Positions 26,100 to 39,043 are shown, numbered from the stretch's first letter. The stretch is DNA of 64,000 nt from Octopus vulgaris (GCA_951406725.2 OX597821.1:48670001-48734000); one strand, 5' to 3'. Translations and numbers: made by a program. The notes: generated by a model from the sequence alone, not told the origin.

Positions 26100-26940
26100 T
26101 CCGCCAACTTCAAGACACCTCCTTCAATTGCCCTCTGCACTCCAACCCCACGGCTAACTACCAATAGACTGTGTCCTCCATTATCCATGATCTCATATCC
26201 TCCTCCTGTCTCCCACTCACCACCTCCAACCTCATTGTCCTCACTCCACGCACCCCCACCATTTACTTCCTTCCCAAATCCACAAGCCCAACAACCCTGG
26301 CTGCCCCATCGTCTCTGCCTGTAACTGCCCCACGGAATTGGTCTCTAAATACCTCGACTGTGTCCTTGCCCCCTAGTGGCTTCCCTTCTCTTCCACATCC
26401 ACGACACTAACCATGCTCTTCGTCTCTTCAACTCTTTCTCCTTCCTTCCTGGCCCCTCTAAACTTCTCTTCACTCTTTGTCATTGTCCGTATCCCATTTC
26501 CTCTCACCTACCACTCCTCCACCCTTCCCCTCTAAACACCATTCTCCGAGCCTTCCGGTGACTCCAGTCCGACCCCTCCGTCTCGCACATCTTCCCCAAC
26601 CTACTCCTTCCCTCCTTCAAACGAGCCCACAACTGCGTGACCTCCTGGTCCAGTTTCCTCCCAACTCTTATCCCCCTGCTCCCACCTACGCTGCTGCACT
26701 TGCTCCTACCTCTTCAATACCACCATCTTCACAGGCACCTATCATCGTCTCTATCATATCACCCACTACTTTACCTGCAATTCTAGCAACGTCATTTACA
26801 GCATCTCCTGATATTCTCTGCCCTTCACTGTAGATCGGTTCGTGGAGCACCTCTAAGATATCAGACTCGACAATAACACCCTGATCTCGCGCCATTTCCA
26901 CTCTACATCCTCTTCTCTCTTCATCTGACACTACTTCCTC
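26100..26940 (+). mobile_element. Penelope-like element (Neptune-type) RT and GIY-YIG fragments, internally deleted
   Basis: PRTPTIYFLPKIHKPNNPGCPIVSAC.CPTELVSKYLD..; later FKR..LRD.LV, RCCTCSYL, FTCNSSNVIYSIS in shifting frames. Confidence 0.8.
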
Positions 26941-27589
26941 TCTTCACTTCTACCCACCTTCTCTCTTCATTGATGCCCACTCCCCATACCCCCATACCTC
27001 ATACCCCCACACTTCCACCACATCCCTACACCTACATCCCGACTCTACATCCGCATCATCACCCACACTCCACCCCATACCCCACACCCTCACACTCCAC
27101 ACCTCCACACACCACACCACTCCACGCAACACACCACCACATCATACCACCCCATACCACTCCACACACACTAGCACTGACCACTTACCAATGAGTAGAG
27201 CTCAGTGACAGTGTGCATTGTCGGCCTGAAGAATCTAATTCTTCGCATTCAACAAATCCAGTTGCTTTCGCTGAGTGTCCTCCCTCAGATGCTTCAAAAC
27301 ATTGCAGTAGAACGCTCGACCAGTGGCATTGCTCTGGGTGATGCATTCTCAATGTTGAAAAAGAATCGATGGGTATGCTCTTGATTGAGTTGTGGCTCTG
27401 TCGTGTGCACGTGTCACTCGAAACATTGCATACAACCCATTGCCGCGTCACTATAAGCTCACTGAAGCATGCTAGATGTTTCTGTGGGTGGGATATAGAA
27501 AACACCTGTCTCTAACATATAAACTATATATCTTTTGCTCAGCTGAGCGCTACCTATTGATAACGCTCGTCGATAAGCAATTCTTGGGC

Positions 27590-28980
27590 ATGTCTACAAA
27601 AATATCCTGATCCCACCAAGGGATGTATACATGAAACTCATGCTACAGAAGACTAATGAGTTCATCACTCGGTTGAGATGTAGAGTCCTACACTGTGACC
27701 TCAAATTTAATCATCCCAAACATTCTAATGAAAAAGGCACCAACAACAAGTCCCACAAAAACCCATCTCCAAACCCTACATTGGCTAGTTTTGAGAAAAA
27801 TCTACTACGTATGTTAAAAAACATGAAATTCTCTAATTATATTAGCTCCTTCTAGAAAGAACTATCCAAAATTACATCTAAAGCAAGAACTTCACCACAC
27901 CTGCATGTTTTTTCTTACAAAACTGACAATCTTTACTCCCTTACCTTGGAAATATATAGTAATCTCATATCAAAAGAACTAAACATAAATTATAAATATG
28001 CTCATAGAAATGCTCTTAAGGAGATTAATAACACCCCTTGTAAGCACATCGCTGATCTAAATTTACTAAATAGAACTGAACCATACACACCTAAAACCAC
28101 ACTATTTCATCCTGAAGGACCATAAACCCAACTTCTACTCTAAGCCTTCCATTCAATTCAGCCCTTCTATAAAATCTGACTTAGGTTGAATTAGTAAATG
28201 CATTATTGACTGTATTCTATCCCTTTTAGAACTAACATTAAACTTCCACTCTGGAATTGCACTGGAAACGCCATCACTCTCTTCATGATATACAACACAC
28301 CCATTTTCTTCAGTTTGACATCTCAAATTATTACTCATCAATATCACCAGTTCTCTTAAATAAAGCCTTAATCTTCGCCTGAAAATATGCTTCCATCTCC
28401 CGATTGGATATCAATATCAACTTGTCTGCAAAGAAGACTCTGATTCATTTTAAGGATAATAATTGTACCGGCAATTCATCTATGGATTACTTCGATATAA
28501 CCATGGGCTCATCAGACTCAGGCCAGATCACCAGCCTTGTGTGCCTATTCCTCCTCTCCCAAATTAAACAATACTTCCCCAAACTATCCGGTGGACTATA
28601 CAGGGATGACACACTCTTTTCAGCAACTGGATTATCTTGACCGTCAGTAGAACGCACCATGAAAGTCCTACACAAATTCTTTAAAAACTACAACCTAAGT
28701 AGTTCGTTCGAAATTGACACTAAGGTGGCCAATTTCTTAGACGTTATTCTCGACTTAAACACAAATCTATAACGCCCAGAAACCCAACCAATCTTTAGAA
28801 TATATAAATGTCCTCTCTAATCATCCTAAGCTTGCCCTTAATAGTGTAGTCACAGGCATATCTATCAGAATCTCAAACTTATCCTCTAACGAAGAAATTT
28901 TGAACACTCACGCCTCTTATTATAATCAGGCCCTACAAATAAGTGACTTCAACGTAAAAATCTATTATATCCCCAACACT
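27590..28980 (+). mobile_element. Penelope-like element (Naiad-like) reverse transcriptase, degraded
   Basis: KTNEFITRLR; KTDNLY; LKDHKPNF..P; QFDI; FDITMGSSDSGQI..LV; GGLYRDD; NFLDVILDL; YIN..SNHP. Confidence 0.75.
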
Positions 28981-29606
28981 TAGCTAAAAACTAAAATAGC
29001 ACATCTCTTCCCCAATAAATGGGTGTAGGTAGGGGTTAAGTGAATCAGTACAGTACTTTGTTGGCACTGTAAGATAAGGGCAATGTTAACCTCAGCGTGA
29101 ATTGAGCTCAGAATGAAAAAAACAAATGAAATTGTGTGATTTGGAGCCCATTGTATCAGCGAATGAACCATCATTCCTCCCTCTTGTACAACAACAGCAA
29201 CAACATGAAGCTCACACGTATTTTTTATCACTGTACCTGTTTCATCAAAGGAACTGTGTTAATGTTCTAGAATATTTTTGCCTATAATAGATTTGCCAGT
29301 GTTGAAAATATAAATTCCAGCTTGTGTCAGATGTCACACTTAAACAGTTTAGCATGTATTGACAGGAACTGGGAAAACACACGGTGTTCATTGCACGCAT
29401 AGTTTTACACACCACACAAATACAAACACACTTACACCTAGCTACACACATACACACTCATGCGGGCACACACACGCATACACACACACACACATACACA
29501 CACGCTCATGTATTTCCATTTGCACGCATGTACACATATATAAATAAATATAAATACACAAATATGCTTGAGTTGAAAAACACATGCACAAATTTATGTA
29601 AGCATG

Positions 29607-29650
<44 letters not shown>

Positions 29651-29774
29651 GGTGGTGGTGGTGGTGGTGGTATACACTGGTATGTTTGGCTTACTAGAGT
29701 TAAAAAACTGAATTTATATTCCACAGTTTTCAAATAGTTAAACTGTTCTGACTTCACACACGCACGCATAAACG

Positions 29775-29805
<31 letters not shown>

Positions 29806-30459
29806 GTATGCACGCGCACACAACTACACATACACACATACATATTTATGATTTTTAAAATTTTCAGTGTCCATTAATGGAGACATTGCTAGCCATCCTA
29901 ATTATTTCTCCATGAATATTTTATTCAGGTCACATAATAGAACCTGCATAAAACACCCATAAAACACACTACATTATAGATTACTGTGTACTGAACAATA
30001 AAATTGTCCAGTGCCAAGGTTGAATTTGAAACTAAAGTGTAAGGAGATATATACAAGGGCTATATATGTATAGAGGAATGTATAGAGTATGCATATATAT
30101 TCCCAACCCGCCTTCAGCAGGCTTTAAGGCTTGTAAAAATAAGATTCAGATTTCATGCCTTCAAGAAATTTTGTTTTTCAAATACCTGTCTACCTGTATG
30201 CAATTCTTCAAATCTATTATCTGTTACTTGGTGTATAACCCACCTTTCTATCTACCTCGACATGACACAAATTACCTATATATGTATGGTTATATGATCT
30301 ATTGTTCCAACCCACTTCCCTTTGGGCCTCCAGCCGACACCGCTGTGTATCTATGTGGTTCTTTTGCTGATTGCCCCAACCCAACTTACTATCTATCTTT
30401 ATCTAGTGCACCTCAACTGTTTTTCTGAGTGGTTCTTTGATCTCTTGTTCAGCTTCCTT

Positions 30460-32300
30460 TCATTCTATCTCTATGATGCCGCTGTGCATTGCAGCAATCC
30501 ACTCTCCGAAAATGGGTCCGAAATCGGCCGCTTTAAGGACAGCTTCCAAGTAGCGATGGTCTACCCTATCGAATGCTTTCGACTGATCTAAATTGATCAG
30601 GGCTCCACCGAAGCCAGCTTTAGTCCCAGCCCTCTCTACGATGTATTGCATAAGGTGGAGGTTGTCGTGGATAGATCTGCTCGAGATTGCACACGTTTGT
30701 GTCACTCCGACCAGACTAACAACGACAAGCGCCAAGCTTTTCGCTAACACCTTGGCCAAAATCTTAAACTCTATGTTTAGCAGAGTTATTGGCCAAAAAT
30801 TCCCTGGTACGTCCCCATTATTGGCGTCCTTTCTCAGCAGTGTTACCACACCACAGCTAACAGTACTAGGAATACTCCTGTTTTGCTGCCAGTTACTGTA
30901 GACATCTACCAAGAGTCTGCTAAACAAATCTGGTATGAATACATAGAATTCGTTGGGCAGACCATCTAAACCGTGCGACTTGTGGAATCACTCATTGCCT
31001 CCCGTATTTCAGTGGATGTAATCGGCTTTTCGCAGAATCTCACGTCCGTTACCGAGAGCCGTGGTAGGCCGTCCAGATACGAAGTAAAGTCCGCTACTGT
31101 CAACCCATCTCCCCTAACAGCCGCTCAAAGTGTTGCTGGAAAGCCGCACACATCTGCTCAGAACCGAGTAACACGTTCCCATCCTGATCTGTCGAAGATT
31201 TGATCGTGGTTTTGTTTCCACGTTGCGGCTCTACTGTTCGGGCCCATCGAACGGCTTTACTTCCTTCTTGTTATAGAGCACGGCCCTTAGCTCTGACAAC
31301 GCACCCTTCGTGTTTTGAAGGTCAAGGTCCATTCTCGCCGCTAACACGTCAGTTGCGATGCCTTTACTAATAGCCTCTTCTAGTTTGCTAACTTGTTCTT
31401 CCTCTAATCTATTTCTTTCTATCGCTAAATCTTTGCTTAATGCTATCGATCCTACTCTAGTCGCTCTCTTCAGAGCGAACAACCACCACCGGTTGTTGAC
31501 GATCGACCCCGTTAACTGCCGCTTAACTAGCTCGCTAATCCGGTTCCTGTAGTATTTGCGAGCCGGTAAGGACGCGTTTAATTTCCAGTAATAGGGTCCC
31601 TGTCTGCGGGTCCTGTCTAAATCGACTGAACATATAACAAATTTGTAATCTGTGTGGCCGACCAATTTAAATTGTAGACAACCTGTGCTATCCCTAGCCT
31701 CTAACCTAACAAATACTCTACCTAAATACGGTCTAGATGACCCCACTGTGATTGCTCCATGTCCACATTGGCACATTGGAAAGCAAGTAGGTACCTGTCA
31801 GAAAATTGGAAAGTCCTGAGCAGATTTTCGAGCTTATACACCCACTTCTGCTTTGTGATAAACCCACACAGTTCTTCCGTGCGCTCAAAATACTATTCCA
31901 AATTCCCTCCAATACTAAAGTGCGAAACGTTCACAAGAATGTTTCTAGACGCCTGAAGAAATCAGGCCTTCCAGCCTCTGTTGGAGCATAAATCGCCACC
32001 AGTCTAAAGGCGTAACCTTCGCTGCCGTTCACGTTCAGGACCACCACCCAACCATCCGAGTCCAGGAAGATAAACCGCACTTGGAGGTTTAAATATTTCC
32101 GGAGTAGCACTGCTACACCGCCACCTGCTCCCGATAGACAACAAGATGAGAATACCTCGTAGTCTTCGAAAATGGATGCTAGAGCGTGTTTTCCGGAGAT
32201 CTTTGTTTCACTAATGACAGCCACATCTAAATCAAGCGACCAGATCACGTTCATTCATACACCCCATTCTCTGCACAATCATGCCAGCCGAGAAAGAGAT
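30460..32300 (-). mobile_element. Tx1/L1-clade LINE ORF2 (APE and RT N-part), degraded; ORF1 remnant possibly extends to ~33010
   Basis: LDVAVISETK..GGGVAVLL..AIYAPT; GPYYWKLNASL; WPITLLNIEFKILAKVLA; INLDQSKAFDRVDH. Confidence 0.9.
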
Positions 32301-33051
32301 AGAGGGGGTTACTTACCTTGATTTTCGAGTGGCCCGGAAGTTCCGGACATCTTTAATGGAGAAAATGTTTTAAAAGGTCCTTCCAACAGCCTTTTATCAA
32401 CTGATTTTTTAAAAAATCCTCATACTACATGGGAATTTTTCTCTTATAGTTTTATAAACGTCTGACGACGTTTTAATTAAGTGTCTGTTCTTGGGTGTTT
32501 TGAGGATAAAATCTCCAAATTCCTTTCCCTCTATCTCTATTTTGTTTTTGTTTTAACTTTAAAAAAAGCCATCAACTCACTGTTGCACTTGTTCACAACA
32601 GTGAAATTGATGGATACATTTCGTCCACACTCAGATGAATATTCTTGTTTTTGAAGTTCCGTAATTGGTTGCTTCTGTGTTTCTGTGATTTCATGCTGTT
32701 GTTGATGATGTTGCTGTTTTTAAGTGTTGTTGTTTTTGTTGGAATTTTTGTAAATTGTGTTGCAGTTGTGGTTTCAGTATATCCTTTTGTTGATTTCTTG
32801 GAGTGGGGCTGTGTACTCTCCTCTTCTTTCACCTACCCCCTTTTGTCACTGTGATTCATTGATCGTTCAGCTCTTCCTTCTCCATGTCATTGCAGTTGAT
32901 ATTGGTTTGGGAGGAAGAGCATTCAGGAGAAGCTTGCTTTTCTGTGGCAACCGAGGGTAGACCTCTTCTTTTGAGTAACTAAATCAGTTCTCTAACATTT
33001 CTGAAACATTTTATTGTTCCCTTTCAAATATGACATTCCACATGAAACAAC

Positions 33052-33099
<48 letters not shown>

Positions 33100-33111
33100 T
33101 TTCTTTCTTTC

Positions 33112-33490
33112 TTTTACTTGTTTCAGTCATTTGATTGCGGTCATGCTGGAGCATCGCCTTTAGTCGAGCAGATCGACCCCGGGACTTATTCTTTGTAAGC
33201 CCAGTACTTATTCTATCGATCTCTTTTTGCCGAACTGCTAAGTGACGGAGACATAAACACACCAGCATCGGTTGTCAAGCAATGCTAGGGGGACAAACAC
33301 AGACACTATATATATACATATATACGACAGGCTTCTTTCAGTTTCCGTCTACCAAATCCACTCACAAGGTACTGGTCGGCCCGGGGCAATAGCAGAAGAC
33401 ACTTACCCAAGATGCCACGCAGTGGGACTGAACGCGGAACCATGTGGTTGGTAAGCAAGCTACTTACCACACAGCCACTCCTGCGCCTAT
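33112..33490 (-). mobile_element. SINE family 1, full length
   Basis: Matches 15062-15456; head AGGCGCAGGAGTGGCTGTGTGGTAAG. Confidence 0.9.
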
Positions 33491-33523
33491 ATATATATAT
33501 ATATATATATATACTCTTTTACT

Positions 33524-33890
33524 CTTTTACTTGTTTCAGTCATTTGACTGCGGCCATGCTGGAGCACCGCCTTTAGTCGAGCAAATCGACCCCTGGACTT
33601 ATTCTTTGTAAGCCCAGTACTTATTATATCGGTCTGTTTTGCCGAACCGCTAAGTTACGGGGACGTAAACACACCAGCATCGGTTGTCAAGCAATGCTAG
33701 GGAGACAAACACAGACACACAAACACACACACATATACATATATATATATATACATATATACGACAGGCTTCTTTCAGTTTCCGTCTACCAAATCCACTC
33801 ACAAGGCATTGGTTGGCCCGGGGCTAAAGCAGAAGACTCTTGCCCAAGATGCCACGCAGTGGGACTGAACCCGGAACCATGTGGTTGGTT
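33524..33890 (-). mobile_element. SINE family 1, head-truncated copy tandem to the previous one
   Basis: Same sequence; stops mid-head at the edge of the foldback. Confidence 0.9.
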
Positions 33891-33899
33891 AGTAACTCC

Positions 33900-34474
33900 T
33901 ATTAAATTAGAGATAAAACCACTATTAGGCAAATCAAACAGTGAAAAACATAAACCAAAACATAGAAATAAAATTAATTAATATAAAATATATAAAATAT
34001 AAAATTCAAAATTTAAATTATTTGAATTTAAAGTTAAAATTTTTAAAAATTCTTAAATTCTTAATTTATACTTATAAAATTTTTATATATATATATATAT
34101 ATATTTTTTTATTTTTATTATCTTTATTTTTATTTTTATTTTTTATTTTTTAATTATTTTTTACTTTTTATCTTATATTAAACTTTTTAATACTTTTTGA
34201 TAGTTATATATATCTAAAAAAAAATTAAATAATTAAAAAATAAAAATAAAAATAAAAATAATAATAAAAATAAAAATAATAAAAATATATATATATATAA
34301 ATTTATAAGTATAAATTAATAATTTAAATTTTATTTAAAATTTAAATAATTTAAATTTTGAATTTTATATTTTATATATTTTGTATATTATATTAATTAA
34401 TTTTATTTCTATGTTTTGGTTTATGTTTTTCACTGTTTGATTTGCCTAATAGTGGTTTTTATCTCTAATTTAAT
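33900..34474. repeat. Long AT-rich foldback palindrome
   Basis: TATTAAATTAGAGATAAAACCACTATTAGGCAAATCAAACAGTG... mirrored at 34385-34474; inner arms also pair imperfectly. Confidence 0.9.
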
Positions 34475-35364
34475 ATATATATTTATACCGTAAAATTAGA
34501 TTTATTCCTAAATCTAATTTTTCCCTGTAAGTTTGGATTTACTCCTAATATTATTATATATATATACATATATATATATGTATGTATGTATGTATGTATG
34601 CATGGAAGCATGTGTGTGTGTGTGTGTATCTAACTTTGCGTTTGTCCTCTATTCTCGCTTAACAGACGGTGTTGGTATGTTTATGTCACCGTTACTTAGC
34701 GTTACTTAGAGTTCGATAGAATAAATACTGGGCTTCAGAAATAAAAAAAAAGGTACTGCGGTCAGTTCGTTTGACTGTAATTCTTCAAGACGTTGTACTA
34801 CCATGGTCTGAGTCTAATAAGTGATACAAGTAAAATGTAAAAGAAGGAAAGAAATAAAGAATGATTTCTAATTTCAACCACAAGGCCAAGATTTGAGAAG
34901 ATGGAGTTGGTTGATTACATGGACCCCACTTATTTTCTCACACTGAAATCAGATCCCGCATGTCTGGGGATGGATTCCAGGTACATTCAACGGAAAATAA
35001 CAAAGAGAACCCATTATATGCATGTTTATCCGTGAACAAACATCACGTTTTTATTAGATTATAAAAAATAACTGAAATTTGTTAAAGACAAGCAGTAAAG
35101 AATCAATAAAGACTTATGTTTCAGAAGCAGCGAGGCAACTTTATTAATGATTTACATCAAGGCATTTTATGATTAGACCTTTTATTCGCATGTTTATTGA
35201 TTGGTGCATTGAAGATTTCGAGATTGAACGTGAAGGGATTTCATCAGCCACATTTTCATCAAAGATTTTTCCCTCCCAGTCATGCTTTCAAGGTAGCATT
35301 CTAAAATTTCTACACAGCAGCCCTCAGGGACCAAGCCACAGCTGCCAAAGCAAAAGCCACGCAT

Positions 35365-35402
<38 letters not shown>

Positions 35403-35826
35403 CGAGATGAATACGAAGGTTGTTAATTAGATAGATAAAAATGTGTACACATACACATAGACGCATACAAATTCAATATTAAGAATTGAGATATCCAAAG
35501 ATTTTAGAGCTAAGTTTTGACATTATGTTTATCTACAATATTTCAGTACCCCAATGCAATAACAAAACCAGGTATGATGATACATAAATTTTATACTTGC
35601 CTAAAAGGAAAGCTGAGAGCAAATCCTATTAGAATTCAGTGATATTTCAAATTCTTCATTTCTCCTACTAGTAGTGTCAGATTAGAAACAAAAAAGAAAA
35701 CTGATACCAACGGAGAACAAATCAGTAACAGCAGAATAAAGTATTTAAGAATAACAAGGGAAAATTTGATAAACAACCGAACAATGAACTGTAGCATCAG
35801 GGATATGTTACAGCTTGCTTGTTGAT

Positions 35827-35872
35827 AACACAACCTTTCGGCTGGTATACTCTCCAGCCTTCATCGGGTGTC
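35827..35872 (-). ncRNA. Minimal hammerhead ribozyme motif with core variants
   Basis: GACAC-CCGATGA-A-GGCTGG-AGAGTATA-CCAGCC-GAAAGGTT-GTGTT; stems I and II pair. Confidence 0.7.
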
Positions 35873-36452
35873 TTTGGGAAATTTCGAAGCTGGGTTCTCA
35901 TTCCTAAGGTATTTTTCGATCTTCTTCTTCTTCTTCTTCTTCTTCTTCTTCTTCTTCTTCTTCTTCTTCTTCTTCTTCTTCTTCTTCTTCTTCTTCTTCT
36001 TCTTCTTCTTCTTCTTCTTCTTCTTCTTCTTCTTCTTCAGGTCGCTGCCTGGAATTGAACTCCGAATTTTGGGGTTAGTAGCCTACGCTCTTAGCCACTA
36101 CGCCATATGCCGTGGAGCTGCGATAGGTATTACAAAGGCGAAACATGCCGCCCCCCTCACAATAAGGGTAGAGGAAAATCGTAAAGCTGTGACACGAGGA
36201 GATATTGATAAATCGGGTATAGCTGATCATGTATGGAAAAACGGAGACCACCTCCTCCTGTTGAATGAAGTTAAAATAATAGAGAACACCACTGGAAAAT
36301 ACGGAAACTAAAAGAAGCACACACATGCTAGGACATAGTGACCTCCTTAGCAGACCGAGTGCAGATATGAGTAGCATATGGGAACCGGTATTAAGGAAGG
36401 ATAGGAAAATATTACATTTATAAGCCCTAAAATTCAATCCTTAATTGCCCAC

Positions 36453-36526
36453 GAGTATATGGCGTAGTGGTTAAGACCGCAGGCTACTAACACCAAGATT
36501 CCGAGTTCGATTCCAGGCAGTGGTCT
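36453..36526 (+). promoter_or_regulatory. tRNA-like segment with Pol III A and B boxes
   Basis: TGGCGTAGTGG (36460-36470), anticodon-like loop CTACTAA, GTTCGATTCC (36505-36514); also at 36038-36112 (-) and 822-897 (-). Confidence 0.8.
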
Positions 36527-36582
36527 GAATAATAATAATAATAATAACATCGAAAAATACCTTAGGTTCGAAATTTCCCCAA

Positions 36583-36623
36583 AACACCTGCTGAAGGCTG
36601 GAGAGTATATCAGCCGAAACGTT
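36583..36623 (+). ncRNA. Minimal hammerhead ribozyme motif with core variant
   Basis: ACAC-CTGCTGA-A-GGCTG-GAGAGTATAT-CAGCC-GAAACGTT; 3' strand of stem I deleted. Confidence 0.65.
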
Positions 36624-37419
36624 AACAAAAGCAAGCTGAGAACAAATATCCGTCAAATGTAAATAATGTACATAATTCCTCATCTCTCAAATATAGAATT
36701 GAATTACGGATTAGAAAGTGAAAGCGATGATCAAGAAAATAGCAGTTTGGTGTTTAGGGATACTGGCTCAAGAATCTCCCAAGTATACAGTAAGAAAACG
36801 GTCGTATAAATTGGATACGACTGTTTTTTTGTTGTTTTTTTTTACTTCATGACTTCATAGAAAATGGAACGCCACACACGGATGACAAAAAGGACAACAG
36901 AAGGATAAAGAAACGAGCGGTAATTAGCAATTATAGACACATTACTTGCTTATTAACTGGCCTAATAGATAAAATATATAATTTTCTCGAAAAGGAGAAT
37001 CTATTGCAAGAGGTGGAAAATGAATGCAGAAAGAAGCCAAGGGTGACTGCTGATCTGCTATAAATATATATAGTAGGATATTAAGTTAAATACATAGAAA
37101 AAAAAAATTTAGCAGTCGACTGGTTAGATTACACTTTCTGCTCAGGTTTCTTTGTCGAATAATGACACATACATAAAACAAACAAGAATAGAAATTCTAG
37201 TAATAGTAATACTAATAATGATAAACGATTATAAAACACAAGCAGAAATAATGGCAAATATAATAAATATAGTGTCTAATATAAGTAAAAAATATATGTA
37301 ATTTTAAAATTTCCAATGTCCCTGTAGGAGCTACTATCTCACATCAAATGCTGCATATCGATGTAATATCACTACCCATAATGGAATTAAGTAATATATT
37401 AAATCCACCTTCAACCCTT

Positions 37420-37835
37420 GGATCGTTTCCGTTTGAACGGCAGTTTTTAACATAATTTCTAGGTAACTAAAAAATTTTAAACTTCGTATACTGGTAGAAT
37501 GTGTTTAAAAAACATCTTTTTCTCTTGGCTTTATTGAGAAAATTCTATAGTTTGTAAGATATTTGTTGTTTTTTTCTTCAATTTCTGCAATTTCAACCAA
37601 TCAGTGACGTCTATTGAGTTAAAAAAACATTCTGTGCCGTATGAATATGTCACTCGTTTAAGAAACAGATTGGGTTTATTTACATTTGTGAAGAAAAAAA
37701 GATACCCTTCCCCCACTCCTAACCCTAACCCTAAAAGAGATTGAAATGCAATAGATCGATTCTAGGGTCATAATTATGGGTGACAATTTCATATGACACC
37801 GCTAGAAAAAACTGCCGTTTAAACCGAAGAGATCC
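37420..37835. mobile_element. MITE (Merlin- or MULE-like), copy 1
   Basis: ~29-bp TIRs GGATC..GTTTGAACGGCAGTTTTT; 8-bp TSD CAACCCTT; internal CCTAACCCTAACCCTAA. Confidence 0.9.
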
Positions 37836-38261
37836 CAACCCTTTCTAAATAGGTATCCCCGCACAAGCACTCATTCTCTAATCTCTAATTAAAACATTTG
37901 GCATCACGGACAAAATACTTACAGAAATTCAAAGCGGAGGCCATCACATCAAAACTTTATTATGTTTTAATCTCAGGGAAAGTAAATTGGAGGTGAAAGG
38001 CGTACATATCGTTTGTGAACAGGAAGTTATGCAAATCTTACTATTTTGAGTAGACTGAATCAACATTTAAGTCATTTGAGCCATAAAATACTGTAAACGT
38101 TTAAATATTTATGCATAACTATAATTGCTACCAAACTTACCACCCCCATACTGTGAACTTATGATATTTAGAATAGTCTCTGAGCCAAATTTTTAATACC
38201 TAAGATTTCTCACAATAAGATTTCTCATAATAATACTGAAATTATTCTTAAAAGATAATGC

Positions 38262-38679
38262 GGATCTTTTCGGTTTGAACGGCAGTTTTTAACATAATTT
38301 CTAGGTAACTAAAAATTTTAAACTTCGTATACTGGTAGAATGTGTTTGTAAAACATCTTTTTCTCTTGGCTTTATTGAGAAAATTCTATAGTTTGTAAGA
38401 TATTTGTTGTTTTTTCTTCAGTTTCTGCAATTTCAACCAATTACTGACGTCTATTGGGGTAAAAAAACATTCTGTGCCGTATGAATATGTCCCTCGTTTA
38501 AAAAACAGATTGGGTTTATTTACATTTGTGAAGAAAAAAAGATACCCTTTCCCCCGCCCCTAACCAACCCTAACCCTAAAAGAGATTGAAATGCAATAGA
38601 TCGATTCTAGGGTCATAATTATGGGTGACAATTTCATATGACACCGCTAGAAAAACTGCCGTTCAAACCGAAAAGATCC
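38262..38679. mobile_element. MITE (Merlin- or MULE-like), copy 2
   Basis: Perfect TIRs GGATCTTTTCGGTTTGAACGGCAGTTTTT; 8-bp TSD GATAATGC. Confidence 0.92.
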
Positions 38680-38946
38680 GATAATGCAATTTGATAGTAC
38701 CACTAAGGGTATATTACTTGCATAAAATCTGTCATGTGGACGTGATACTATGGTTCACTAATATATTTTTATTTTTGTTATTTTTCCTAGTTAGGACTGT
38801 GTACATATATTTGACGTTTATTGAGTTTCATTGTATACTAATGAAAATGAGCTCGTTCGTGATTATTTTCACAATAGTTGCAAAATGCAAAACATATATA
38901 TGTTGAATATAATGGTACAAGTATTATTCTGTGTGTGTGTTAGTGT

Positions 38947-39043
<97 letters not shown>

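Larger units (their letters stand above)
35820..36700 (+). mobile_element. 5'-truncated Penelope-like element: inverted terminal repeat, GIY-YIG C-terminus, terminal repeat
   Basis: 36115-36424 encodes SCDRYYKGETC..TIRVEENRKAVTRGDIDKSGIADHVWKNGDH..EVKII..HWKIRKLKEA..IWEPVL (frameshifted); 35820-36112 (-) and 36453-36700 (+) are the same repeat in opposite orientation. Confidence 0.85.

Noticed and set aside
36453-36526. Functional tRNA gene
   Set aside because: The acceptor stem does not pair properly, copies are diverged, and it lies inside a repeat; the same applies to the SINE heads.
37719-37735. Telomere or fusion site
   Set aside because: Only about 3 units, and internal to a MITE.
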